Notes under the pieces: generated by a model
Told to the model about the DNA's origin: nothing
The model's database searches: none
The model's input: only the letters and a program-made list of their open reading frames with translations
Shown: positions 45,201 through 57,486 of the stretch, one piece after another
Numbering within the stretch: position 1 is the stretch's first letter
How the letters are laid out: each line of letters begins with the position of its first letter
Translations under genes and position numbers: made by a program
Source of the DNA: Macrostomum hystrix
Taxonomy: Eukaryota > Animalia > Platyhelminthes
Assembly (NCBI GenBank): GCA_950097015.1
Contig: CATNEN010000037.1
Location: forward strand, 124,001-188,000
Direction of reading: 5' to 3'
Length of the DNA: 64,000 nucleotides

Positions 45201-48200
45201 TTGGCTGCGTCGAAGTGCCCGGAGCTGACAGCCTCAAGTAGGGCTGTTGAACCCCGACAGCCGGGCTCGTCCACATTAACGCCTCGCTCAAGCAGGTAGG
45301 CCATGACGTTGATGTGGCCGTGACTGGCGGCGTCGTGTATCGGCTGCCAGTTGTTGTTGTCTAGGGCGTTAACTGAATGGCCGTGCTTCTCCACTAGGAG
45401 GCGGGCCCTGGGTATGGCGGGTGCGACACAGGTAATAATAGGATTGGCGATACCTATTACCGATATGGAAGGTAGGATTGGCAATACCGATGACTAATAT
45501 CGAAGGTAGGATTGGCGATACCGATGACTAATATCGAAGGTAGGATTGGCGATACCTACTACTAATATAGAAGGTAGGATTGGCGATACCTACTATCAAT
45601 AGGTAAGGTAGGATTGGCGATACCGATGACTAATATCTAAGGTAGGATTGGTAATACCTACTACCAATATCGAAGGTAGGATTGGCGATACCTATTACCG
45701 ATATCGAAGCTAGGATTAGCGATACCTACTACCAATATGGAAGGTAGGATTGGCGATACCTACTACCGATATCGAAGGTAGGATTGGCGATACCTATTAC
45801 AGATATCGAAGGTAGGGTTGGCGATACCGATGACTAATATCGAAGGTAGGATTGGCGATACCTACTACTAATATAGAAGGTAGGATTGGCGATACCTATA
45901 ATCAATAGGTAAGGTAGGATTGGCGATACCGATGACTAATATCTAAGGTAGGATTGGTAATACCTACTACCAATATCGAAGGTAGGATTGGCGATACCTA
46001 TTACCGATATCGAAGGTAGGATTAGCGATACCTACTACCAATATGGAAGGTAGGATTAGCGATACCTACTACCAATATCGAAGGTAGGATTAGCGATACC
46101 TACTACCAATATCGAAGGTAGGATTGTTAATACCTACTACCAATATCGAAGGTAGGATTGGCGATACCTATTACCGATATCGAAGCTAGGATTAGCGATA
46201 CCTACTACCAATATGGAAGGTAGGATTGGCGATACCTACTACCGATATCGAAGGTAGGATTGGCGATACCTACTACAGATATCGAAGGTAGGGTTGGCGA
46301 TACCGATGACTAATATCGAAGGTAGGATTGGCGATACCTACTATCAATAGGTAAGGTAGGATTGGCGATACCGATGACTAATATCTAAGGTAGGATTGGT
46401 AATACCTACTACCAATATCGAAGATAGGATTGACGATACCTACTACTAATATCGAAGGTAGGATTGGCGATACCTACTACTAATATCGAAGGTAGGATTA
46501 GCGATACCTACTACCAATATGGAAAGTAGGATTGGCGATACCTACTACCGATATCGAAGGTGGAATCGGCTATATCTCCCAGAATCTTCCTATACCTGGT
46601 CAAGTCGCCCCGCTGAGCCGCCAGGTGCAGAGGCGTGTCGCCGAATTCATTGCGCCGCATTTCCATTGGCTTGCTGCGATTCCTGGGCTGCCTGCTCTCG
46701 TTGCCAACCTGATAGTCGGACATGCAGGACGTCTGATCGCTGCTCACCGTCGACCAACCGTCTTCTCCGTCTTCGTCTTCATCGTCCTCTTCGTCGTCGA
46801 CATCAGCTTCTTCGCCTCCTACCTCGCTTTCGCGGTCGCCGTTGCTATGTTTCGCTTTCGGACTGTTATCTGGTGTGTTCTGAAATTTGGCATTCAGAAC
46901 ATTTCTGTTAAACCTGCCCCTAGTGGGCCAGATGTGCAGCCGACAGCTATTCCGCGGCTCATTTGAAGGCTGCGTACGGCTGTTCAGTCCATGGACAGGG
47001 GGACACCATACCCACCCTCAACTACCCCAGCTAATGCTGGTACCCATTTAACAGCTGGGTGAACTGAAGCAATTCACAGTTAAGAGTCTTGCTAACTCTG
47101 AATCGTTCCAGTTCCACTGGAGTCGGGAATCGAACACCCGACCTTCATGTCATGAGTGGGACGCTCTAAACACTAAGCAACAACCTCCCTTTAGAGTTAC
47201 GTGCAGAATTTTTAACTGCGTAAGTTCGGAATACTAGGTAGGGTAGACACCTGCTCTACTGTTCATAATAATACTAGGTAGGGTAGACACCTGCTCTACT
47301 GTTTATAATAATACTAGGTAGGGTAGACACCTGCTCTACTGTTCATAATAATACTAGGTAGGGTAGACACCTGCTCTACTGTTCATAATAATACTAGGTA
47401 GGGTAGACACCTGCTCTACTGTTCATAATAATACTAGGTAGGGTAGACACCTGCTCTACTGTTCATAATAATACTAGGTAGAGTAGACACCTGCTCTACT
47501 GTTTATAATAATACTAGGTAGGGTAGACACCTGCTCTACTGTTCATAATAATACTAGGTAGGGTAGACACCTGCTCTACTGTTCATAATAATACTAGGTA
47601 GGGTAGACAACTGCTCTACTGTTCATAATAATACTAGGTAGGGTAGACACCTGCTCTACTGTTCATAATAATACTAGGTAGGGTAGACACCTGCTCTACT
47701 GTTCATAATAATACTAGGTAGGGTAGACACCTGCTCTACTGTTTATAATAATACTAGGTAGGGTAGACACCTGCTCTACTGTTCATAATAATACTAGGTA
47801 GGGTAGACACCTGCTCTACTGTTCATAATAATACTAGGTAGGGTAGACACCTGCTCTACTGTTCATAATAATACTAGGTAGGGTAGACACCTGCTCTACT
47901 GTTTATAATAATACTAGGTAGGGTAGACACCTGCTCTACTGTTTATAATAATACTAGGTAGGGTAGACACCTGCTCTACTGTTTATAATAATACTAGGTA
48001 GGGTAGACACCTGCTCTACTGTTTATAATAATACTAGGTAGGGTAGACACCTGCTCTACTGTTTATAATAATACTAGGTAGGGTAGACACCTGCTCTACT
48101 GTTCATAATAATACTAGGTAGGGTAGACACCTGCTCTACTGTTTATAATAATACTAGGTAGAGTAGACACCTGCTCTACTGTTCATAATAATACTAGGTA

Positions 48201-51200
48201 GGGTAGACACCTGCTCTATTGTTCATAATAATACTAGGTAGGGTAGACACCTGCTCTACTGTTCATAATAATACTAGGTAGGGTAGACACCTGCTCTACT
48301 GTTTATAATAATACTAGGTAGGGTAGACACCTGCTCTACTGTTCATAATAATACTAGGTAGGGTAGACACCTGCTCTACTGTTTATAATAATACTAGGTA
48401 GAGTAGACACCTGCTCTACTGTTCATAATAATACTAGGTAGGGTAGACACCTGCTCTACTGTTCATAATAATACTAGGTAGGGTAGACACCTGCTCTACT
48501 GTTCATAATAATACTAGGTAGGGTAGACACCTGCTCTACTGTTTATAATAATACTAGGTAGGGTAGACACCTGCTCTACTGTTTATAATAATACTAGGTA
48601 GGGTAGACACCTGCTCTACTGTTCATAATAATACTAGGTAGGGTAGACACCTGCTCTACTGTTCATAATAATACTAGGTAGGGTAGACACCTGCTCTACT
48701 GTTTATAATAATACTAGGTAGAGTAGACACCTGCTCTACTGTTCATAATAATACTAGGTAGGGTAGACACCTGCTCTACTGTTCATAATAATACTAGGTA
48801 GGGTAGACACCTGCTCTACTGTTTATAATAATACTAGGTAGGGTAGACACCTGCTCTACTGTTTATAATAATACTAGGTAGGGTAGACACCTGCTCTACT
48901 GTTCATAATAATACTAGGTAGGGTAGACACCTGCTCTACTGTTCATAATAATACTAGGTAGGGTAGACACCTGCTCTACTGTTTATAATAATACTAGGTA
49001 GAGTAGACACCTGCTCTACTGTTCATAATAATACTAGGTAGGGTAGACACCTGCTCTACTGTTCATAATAATACTAGGTAGGGTAGACACCTGCTCTACT
49101 GTTCATAATAATACTAGGTAGGGTAGACACCTGCTCTACTGTTCATAATAATACTAGGTAGGGTAGACACCTGCTCTACTGTTCATAATAATACTAGGTA
49201 GGGTAGACACCTGCTCTACTGTTCATAATAATACTAGGTAGGGTAGACACCTGCTCTACTGTTCATAATAATACTAGGTAGGGTAGACACCTGCTCTACT
49301 GTTCATAATAATACTAGGTAGGGTAGACACCTGCTTTGCCACACACGCATGCGCCCACCTTACCTTATCAGCAATCAACAGTTGCCTGTCTCTTTCGCAC
49401 TGTTCAGCCTGCTCCTTGCGATCGAGTGCTCGGCAGCAGACAGCCAGGCTGGCATAGACGGATGCCAGTTCTCGCTCGGCTGTCGAGTTGATCTTGCGGC
49501 CTCGCAGCAGTTCGATCTGTGTCAGGGAGAGTTCTTAAATAGTAGTTGTGTTTATGCTTTAGCTTCACAGAATAGGGATTTCACAGAATAGGGATTTCAC
49601 TGAATTGGGGTTTCACAGAATTTGGATTTCACTGAATTGGTATTTCGGCGAGTTGGGATTTTACTGACTTTGGATTGCAGCAAATAGGGGTTTCGGAAAA
49701 TAGCGATTTCAGCGAATTGGGATTCCAATAAACGGGGATTTCACTGAATTCGGGTTTCAGCGAATAGGGATTTCATCATAGGGATAAGAGATTTCTGCAA
49801 AGTGGGATTTAGGATGTTTAGGATTTCGGCGAGACCGGCCATTCAAGATGTAATGAATTTGGATAGACCAATTACTCGCAGATGTTGATCGCTAGCCTCA
49901 CCTGCCGTTCCAGGTGTGTGGCAGCCCTGGCATAAAGCTGAAACCGGACCAGCATATCCGCCGTTACTCTGTGCGCATTGAGAACTGACTCAACATCCGC
50001 TGTCGGCTTGTCTGACTTCCACTGAGCCAGAAGCTGATTATATTTCAACACTCTGACAACAGCCTGATGCTGGACACACGGCAATCTAGACTGCTGTCGA
50101 AGACCCTTAGTAGCGAATACTGTTAGGCTTGCCCTGCTCAGCTGTTTGACTGGTCCAGTCAGGCCTGAGTCAGCCGCAATTGCAGCCAGGCGGCACAGGC
50201 TCAGATACAGAGCGGCATCGGCTGACAAATCTAATAGTTTGCGATCCACCATCTTCTGAGCAAACTCAAAGCCGTCAGCTACCGCCTCCATAGCTACGTA
50301 ATGATCTAGCTTGGAGCCGCAGTGAACTAGCAGGGTCTCCTCAGACACCTCTCGGCCCAGTTTCTCAACCAGCTTGTCGCACACGTCCAGGTAGCCGGAC
50401 CGCGCCTTCGCCTAACATTGCAGCAGCCGGGTGATAATTTATGCACTTTTATTACAACTTTTTAACTGCTGTAAACCCGGTTGGTTGTAGCTATCTACCC
50501 TGCTGTACACTCAGTGGGTTGTAGCTATCTACCCTGCTGTACATTCAGTGGGTTGTAGCTATCTACCCTGCTGTACATTCAGTGGGTTGTATCTATCTAC
50601 CCTGCTGTACATTCAGTGGGTTGTAGCTACCTACCCTGCTGTACATTCAGTGGGTTGTAGCTATCTACCCTGCTGTACACTCGGTTGGTTGTAGCTATCT
50701 ACCCTGCTGTACACTCGGTTGGTTGTAGCTATCTACCCTGCTGTACACTCGGTTGGTTGTAGCTATCTATCCTGCTGTACACTCGGTTGGTTGTAGCTAT
50801 CTACCCTACTGTACACTCTGTGGGTTGTAGCTATCTACCCTACTGTACACTCTGTGGGTTGTATCTATCTACCCTGCTGTACACTCAGTGGGTTGTAGCT
50901 ATCTACCCTGCTGTACACTCGGTTGGTTGTAGCTATCTACCCTGCTGTACACTCGGTTGGTTGTAGCTATCTACCCTACTGTACACTCTGTGGGTTGTAT
51001 CTATCTACCCTGCTGTACATTCAGTGGGTTGTAGCTATCTACCCTGCTGTACACTCGGTTGGTTGTAGCTATCTACCTTGCTGTACACTCGGTTGGTTGT
51101 AGCTATCTACCCTACTGTACACTCTGTGGGTTGTAGCTATCTACCCTGCTGTACATTCAGTGGGTTGTAGCTATCTACCCTGCTGTACACTCGGTTGGTT

Positions 51201-52057
51201 GTAGCTATCTACCCTGCTGTACACTCGGTTGGTTGTAGCTATCTACCCTACTGTACACTCTGTGGGTTGTAGCTATCTACCCTGCTGTACATTCAGTGGG
51301 TTGTAGCTATCTACCCTGCTGTACATTCAGTGGGTTGTAGCTATCTACCCTGCTGTACACTCGGTGGGTTGTAGCTATCTACCCTACTGTACACTCGGTG
51401 GGTTGTAGCTATCTACCCTACTGTACACTCGGTGGGTTGTAGCTATCTACCCTGCGGTAAACACGGTTAGCAGCTAATAATCTTATAGTCAACTAGAAGC
51501 TACTATTAACCTATAAGTCAGGTGCGTGCTCTGAGGAGAGCCCAAAGCTTACCTCTCTGGGTAGGCAGCTCTTGACCAGATTCACATAGGTCACGAGTTT
51601 CATTACGTCGAATTCGCTCGGCGGCAGTCGCTTCTTCATTATTAGCAGGTATTTTAGACTCATACACATTGCCTCTTTGGCTTTGAAAAAATTCGGATCC
51701 GCATAATCCAATAGTAGATAGACTCGCCCAAGCGTTAGCCAGGCCTCCTGTTGTACTTTTGGATTGTTGGACTCGTTGGCCAACTTAATGTACTCTAAGG
51801 CGTGCCCCTCAGCCGACTGATGATCGCCTGCGTCGACATAGACGTCGGCTAAGAAGCGTCGAAGCTCGATTAAGGCGACTCCGCCAACGCGACCGTCACT
51901 GCCGCTGGTTGCTGGCCAGTTGCTAAGGGCGGCCTCGCCCAGAGTGGCTGCTTCGTCCAGTTTTCCAGACACATAGCGACGCTTTGCCCGATCAAATAGG
52001 TTCGGCCACTTGTTGGCATTTGCCACTGAGGCGAGAGCTGGACACCTTTGATGCACT
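42249..52057 (-). CDS. TONSL: Tonsoku-like protein (TPR - acidic - ankyrin - LRR), >1100 aa; exons 52057-51553, 50411-49902, 49516-49364, 46879-46596, 45407-44855, 43568-42249; first coding exon not found
   Basis: TPR RRFLADVYVDAGDHQSAEGHALEYIKLA...QQEAWLTLGRVYL, acidic tract DVDDEEDDEDEDGEDG, ankyrins RRNEFGDTPLHLAA / NALDNNNWQPIHDAASHGH / GSTALLEAVSSGHF, C-terminal LRRs. All five introns are GT-AG with consistent phases (0,0,0,2,0). Confidence 0.9.
43750..44830. repeat. 25-bp minisatellite (GACTACTCTTCCACTCTACCCCAAA), ~43 copies, TONSL intron
   Basis: Tandem copies. Confidence 0.96.
45440..46560. repeat. 34-bp minisatellite (GGTAGGATTGGCGATACCTACTACCAATATCGAA), ~33 diverged copies, TONSL intron
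   Basis: Tandem copies with higher-order duplication. Confidence 0.95.
46911..47186 (-). mobile_element. SINE family A, diverged full-length copy in a TONSL intron
   Basis: Reverse complement of 13539-13815 including the head (GGTCGGGTGTTCGATTCC). Confidence 0.82.
47231..49335. repeat. 40-bp minisatellite (ATACTAGGTAGGGTAGACACCTGCTCTACTGTTCATAATA), ~52 nearly identical copies, TONSL intron
   Basis: Head-to-tail copies with no spacers. Confidence 0.97.
49570..49810. repeat. Degenerate ~20-bp minisatellite (GGGATTTCACTGAATT..), TONSL intron
   Basis: Imperfect 20-bp periodicity. Confidence 0.75.
50478..51455. repeat. 34-bp minisatellite (GGTTGTAGCTATCTACCCTGCTGTACACTCGGTT), ~28 copies, TONSL intron
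   Basis: Tandem copies. Confidence 0.96.
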
Positions 52058-54951
52058 CTGCAGTTGATTTTATAAAGTACATTACTTTAATCACATGAAA
52101 CCAATCAATTTCAAGCAGGGCCATAACCTGAATCATGAGAGCGAATCATCACCTGTCAAAAAGCTTTTTTGTCAGATTAAAAGCAATAGCTAGGTGTTGT
52201 CAGTAGAAATAGCATGGTAGACCTGTGAACTATACAGCATCACTTTAAGACTAACTATAACATTATAATTAACTTTAAATATTTTTATAAAAAAATATTT
52301 TCAATAACTTCAATAGAAATCCAACACTGATAACTTTTGAATATAGCAATTTGATAAAAATTCTAGAACTTAATTGTAGTTCTATTCTATCTATTCATTG
52401 GTAAATATATTTCTTTTTCTTTCATTAATTTTACCTCTATTTACATCTCTATTTTAGATACTATAATTTATAAAAACAAGGCATGACAATAAAAACTTTT
52501 TGTCATATTCTAATTGCTTGAGCTAGCAAAATAAAATTCGTTTTTTACAAGGTAGTGATTAGTGAAGAAGAAAACATATATCTAACTACAGTGAAAAATT
52601 GTTAAAACATTGGCTTTTAACCATTTTCAACCATAGTTAAGCCTAGAGCTATAAAATTATTGATTGATTTAGGTATACAATTAATGTACTATTAATAACA
52701 CGAATACTAAATATCTAAGGTATATTGTTTTGATGGGTATTTCAATATTTTAACTTCTAAATTAAACAAATTACTGCCTGCTAGTTTGAATTGAGAGCTG
52801 GAGGGACAAGCAGCAATGTGATTGTACTACTGCCCAATCAATAGACAATTCAGAACTCTTCTCATATAACTATGCTTTGCACATTGTTGACTTCTGAAGA
52901 ATCACAAGTGTGCGGTTTAACATTTTTCTCAGTGTATATGCCCACAAAATAGACTAGACCAAGTTATTAAATTTAATAAGATCATGGTCATGGTTAATAT
53001 TTTTACACTTTAGCTTTGTTAGTTAGTGCCATAGAGTCACTTAGCATAGCCAGGGGCAGGAGGTAGCTAGGCCTATCTGTGCATGGACCAATTAATGTAG
53101 GCCTACCAATATACCCAAATGACATGAATAGGGATTTCATTCTGAACTAAACCCAAATCCAATACCCACAAAGAAAATCATGCCTAGCTATGCCTATATT
53201 ATGTATAGTGGAGCAAACCAAAAAAAAAATAGTTTAAAAAGTTACTTTAATTTAGTTAGGTCCAGCTCATAGTCTTACAAGAAAAAAGTAGGGCCTACCA
53301 GACTTTTCCATTCAGTCCTTGCAAGTAGCAACAAAAATACATTGTCATTAACAAATAGCTAATCAGAGCAGCTACTAAATAGTCGTCTGATCTCAAAGCT
53401 GATATACAAAAATGCATTGACCAAAAGAAATAAATATTAATACTTTTTGTACTCATATCATGAAATATTAATAATAATTAATTCAAGTATATGTTTAGGG
53501 ATTTTAAGAGATAGAGCTAGCTTAAGTCTTAGTCATTAGGTTATGCGTTTAATATCGATTTAGAAAAACGAAAAAGGCTAGGCAACAGCGTGAAATCGTT
53601 ATTTATATTCGATTCTTAAGCATTTTCATCGATTTTATTATTGTAAACTACACAAGGGAAGAGCGCTCTGCTGTTCACGGTCGCACGTGCGTTTAAATTA
53701 GACCGCTGTTTTAAATACTAAAGTCTCGGTTTCAACAAAAAGAAACTGTTATTAGAAATGGAGCTTAAAAGCAGGTAATTCTTTCACCTTTTCCATTCAG
53801 GTCTTTCAAATTTTAAGGGTTTCATATTGAAATATTTTTTGTGTGCAAAAAAGCGCAATTTCATAACACGCTACTACATGTAGATTTGGACCTTCTACAT
53901 AATTCAAATCACAATTCTCTTTACAGCAGCCCAAATAGTTAAATCAGCTCCTCGATAAATAATGAACTTAATGTGCGACTCTTTATTTGTGACCCTACTC
54001 TGGTTCCTTTTTGGTGGAAATTTAAATTAACAATTATATTTAAGCTCAAAACGAGCTGACCACGACCCATTGTTTGTTTCTACACAAAAGAGAAAGTTTA
54101 TTGTACTATGAGCTTTGGAAGTGTTGTGCTTTATTGTTCACTTCAGCTTATGTACGCTCGTGCCCACGCTGATTTGTAGGGTCGGTGCTTGCAAATTGCG
54201 GCTGCGCCCCTCCGCAATCGTTAACCAATACATATATCGACCCTTAAGACCTCAGTCTGCATTTCGTGTTTCTCGTGACTGAATTCTCGCTGGTCTTACA
54301 GTACTATGTTTTTATTTTCAACGACACTAAGCAAAAATTTGGAGTTTGGACATTCTCTCACCGAGCCTGTAGGTCAAAAGTTATAATGCAAAACTCAAAT
54401 TAATAATGGGCCTACAGCTTAGGTTAGGAGATAAAAGGTGTTCGTGTTGATAAAGCAGTAAACCCTCCACCACTCTCACGTTGTCGGATTCCCGAATCCT
54501 CCAACTGTTAATCGTTCCGCCGCCCAGCCTGTCGGATTCCCGAATCCTCCATATGCTATAAAGTACGCAATCATGATTGATCTCACTAGTACTAGGCACA
54601 TATTCATTTACATGGTCTGCTCCGATTCTCGTTCGCTACGTTTGAACCATAGACTATCTCCAATTAGCTTCTACTGTAATCTATAACTCGTTTTATCAAT
54701 AAATCAAGCGCGGGGCCGTGCCTCAAAAGAAAAACTTTCTGCCTTACGACAGCATATTCGTTTCTTGTCTGCCTGACACACGTTCCCGTCGCATGCTTAG
54801 TATATATAACTAACGCATTTACATAGCAACAGAAGTTACCGCGGTTAGAACCAAATAATTGTCTTGTAGTTTGATCAGCTCACTTATTAACCAAAGTTTT
54901 TATTCTAGTTGAAAACTAGAATAAAAAACTCCGAAATCAAATATTTTAATC

Positions 54952-56170
54952 ATGCCTGAGAATCAGAACCTCTTTGGCGTCTGGAAGGCCTACAAGAGTG
55001 AGAACATGGCCGCGGTGTTGGAGAAAGCAGGTGCGTTAGTTTTTTTGTTCAACAATTGCTTTAAAGTTAAATAAAATATTCACGAGGATCGGAAAGTCAG
55101 GAAGCTAAGTTTCTTTAGAAAAGTTTATAGGAGGCTGCAGCATGGTTTCGCCGTAAAATTCACTATTACTAAAATGGGAAATTTTACACCTTTTTACACT
55201 AAAATGGTGATCGTTTTCTCTTGAAAGCTGATCCAAAGCTTTTCTTTGAATAAGTTTGCTTGATCCCTGATCAGAGAATTGAGCTCGGAGGGCTAATTGT
55301 AGAGAAAAGGACAATAATAATATAAAATCTATCTGTACAATGTACATGTAATCACACAATCATTAGGGGCACCTTGGATGGCCAGGAAGATGGCCGCGAA
55401 CGCCACGCCGACGGTGACGCTTAGCAAAGTCGACGACAAACACATCAAGATGTCATCCAAGTCGGCGATCTTCACCATGGAGCAGACTTTTGAATTGGGC
55501 GGCACTGTCGAGTTCAAGCCGGCATTCTTGGGCCAGGCACAGGCCTTCTACACGGAGTGGAGCAACGACGGGCGGTTGGTGTGCTACCAGGGCCCGGCTG
55601 GCAGCGACTTGAAGAACAGCGGCGTCAAACAAATTCGCAGTGTGGAACCCAATGGCGATATGCTTATGGCAAGAAAGAGTTGTTGTTTTATCAAAAGTAC
55701 ACAGATTTCCTGGACATTTTTTACTGCCGATTTTTATTCCATGCAGCGAAAATGCAATACTTCTCATTAAGCCTCTTTATCCATAGTATCATCCGCTTGA
55801 TCTGTAGAATGTCTTCATCGAGATGTAGAATGTCTTCATCGAGATGTAGAATGTCTTCATCGAGATGTAGAATGTCCTCATCCAGGTGTAGAATGTCTTC
55901 ATCGAGATGTTGAATGTCTTCATCGAGATGTTGAATGTCTTTGTAGAAATATACACTAGTTGGGATGTCACGATGTACCTTACCAATTGAGTTTCAATTA
56001 TCCGAAAAATTGGGACAGAAAAAAGCGGGCATTTCCCGTGTCTTTGAAATGAGACTTAATCTTGCAATAGGGACTTATCCAATGAACTAACTGCTAACAA
56101 ATAACCCCCATTCCAGACTGCAATTCAAGGAGATGTGACTGGATATCGATGGTTCAAACGGGAGAACTAA
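54952..56170 (+). CDS. Fatty acid-binding protein (iLBP/FABP family) paralogue 1, 144 aa; exons 54952-55030, 55367-55668, 56117-56170
   Basis: LFGVWKAYKSENM (GxW motif), ATPTVTL, TFELG, C-terminal GYRWFKR. Exon 2 (302 nt) and exon 3 (54 nt) are the same length as in paralogue 2; intron 2 is GC-AG. Confidence 0.86.
55800..55942. repeat. 21-bp minisatellite (TGTAGAATGTCTTCATCGAGA), ~7 copies, FABP1 intron 2
   Basis: Tandem copies. Confidence 0.9.
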
Positions 56171-56399
56171 CTTCGAACCCAAACGAATTGTCTCTGACTT
56201 CTGAGCTAGCTCGAAATATAGATTTTTGGTAATTATAACAAACTGATATAAATTACATATTATACTCACTTAAAAATGATATATAAGAAATCAAGAATAT
56301 AATAAATATTAATGCTAAAAACAAATAAAAACAAATCAGTGCAAGTCAGATCAGTTATTTACTTCGTTTTCTAATCTCCAGCATTAAAGTCATAGGTGC

Positions 56400-57000
56400 A
56401 GAGCAGCGGACACCCCACTGAAGGATCTGGGGATTGGGAGAGAGCAGCGGACAAGCCACTGAAGGATCAGGGGATTGAGACAAGCAGCGGACACCCCACT
56501 GAAGGATCTGGGGATTGGGAGAGAGCAGCGGACAAGCCACTGAAGGATCAGGGGATTGAGAGAGAGCAGCGGACACCCCACTGAAGGATCAGGGGATTGG
56601 GAGAGAGCAGCGGACACCCCACTGAAGGATAAGGGGATTGGGAGAGAGCAGCGGACACCCCACTGAAGGATCAGGGGATTGGGAGAGAGCAGCGGACACC
56701 CCACTGAAAGATCAGTGGATTGGGAGAGAGCAGTGGACAAGCCACTAAAGGATCAGGGGATTGAGAGAGAGCAGTGGACACCCCACTGAAGGATCTGGGG
56801 ATTGGGAGAGAGCAGTGGACAAGCCACTAAAGGATCAGGGGATTGAGAGAGAGCAGCGGACACCACTGAAGGATCTGGGGATTGGGAGAGAGCAGCGGAC
56901 AGTACACTGAAGGATCAGGGGATTGGGAGAGAGCAGCGGACACCCCACTGAAGGATCAGGGGATTGGGAGAGAGTAGTGGACACCCCACTGAAGGATCAG
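56400..57000. repeat. 41-bp minisatellite (GAGAGAGCAGCGGACACCCCACTGAAGGATCAGGGGATTGG), ~14 copies
   Basis: Tandem copies between the two FABP genes. Confidence 0.95.
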
Positions 57001-57486
57001 GTAGGTTAGTAGCTTTCGGATCATGCTGATTGTACTGACATATACACAGGCAAATCAAATCTCATTTCGCATAGCTAGGGTGTCATCGAAATGACACAAC
57101 CCCAGAAGGTTATCTTCAAGCGACGAAGAGAAAAAAAAAACTATTTTGTTTTGTTAGACCAAATCCAGTCAGACATGGCTGTCTCTCATTTTCGAAATAA
57201 TAGAGAGCTAAGATACGTACAGTACAATTGCAGGGAATTGAGAAGGTAGTCACTGGGGTAGAAGGGAGGGAGAAAAAAGTACTGGAAAGCTTATAGCTTC
57301 AAGCGTACACGGCCAAGTTGGCGCATTCACTGTACAGCGCGAGTTGTGCAAAGATTCCGCCCTACAAATAGCTGTAACTGGCCAGAAAAACCCTGGCTAA
57401 AAACGACAATTTTTTCTGTCATAAGGCGCGCGCGTTCGAAACACATTAACCGATTGAGTCCTCAGGGAGGCAGCAGAACCAGAAGA

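Noticed and set aside
47231-49335. CRISPR-like 40-bp repeats with an internal hairpin
   Set aside because: The units are head-to-tail with no unique spacers, there are no cas genes, and the array is in a eukaryotic intron.
53758-53940. Plus-strand micro-exon ATGGAGCTTAAAAGCAG|GTAATT
   Set aside because: Splicing to the nearby acceptors hits a stop within a few codons; at most a 5' UTR exon or uORF, not supportable.
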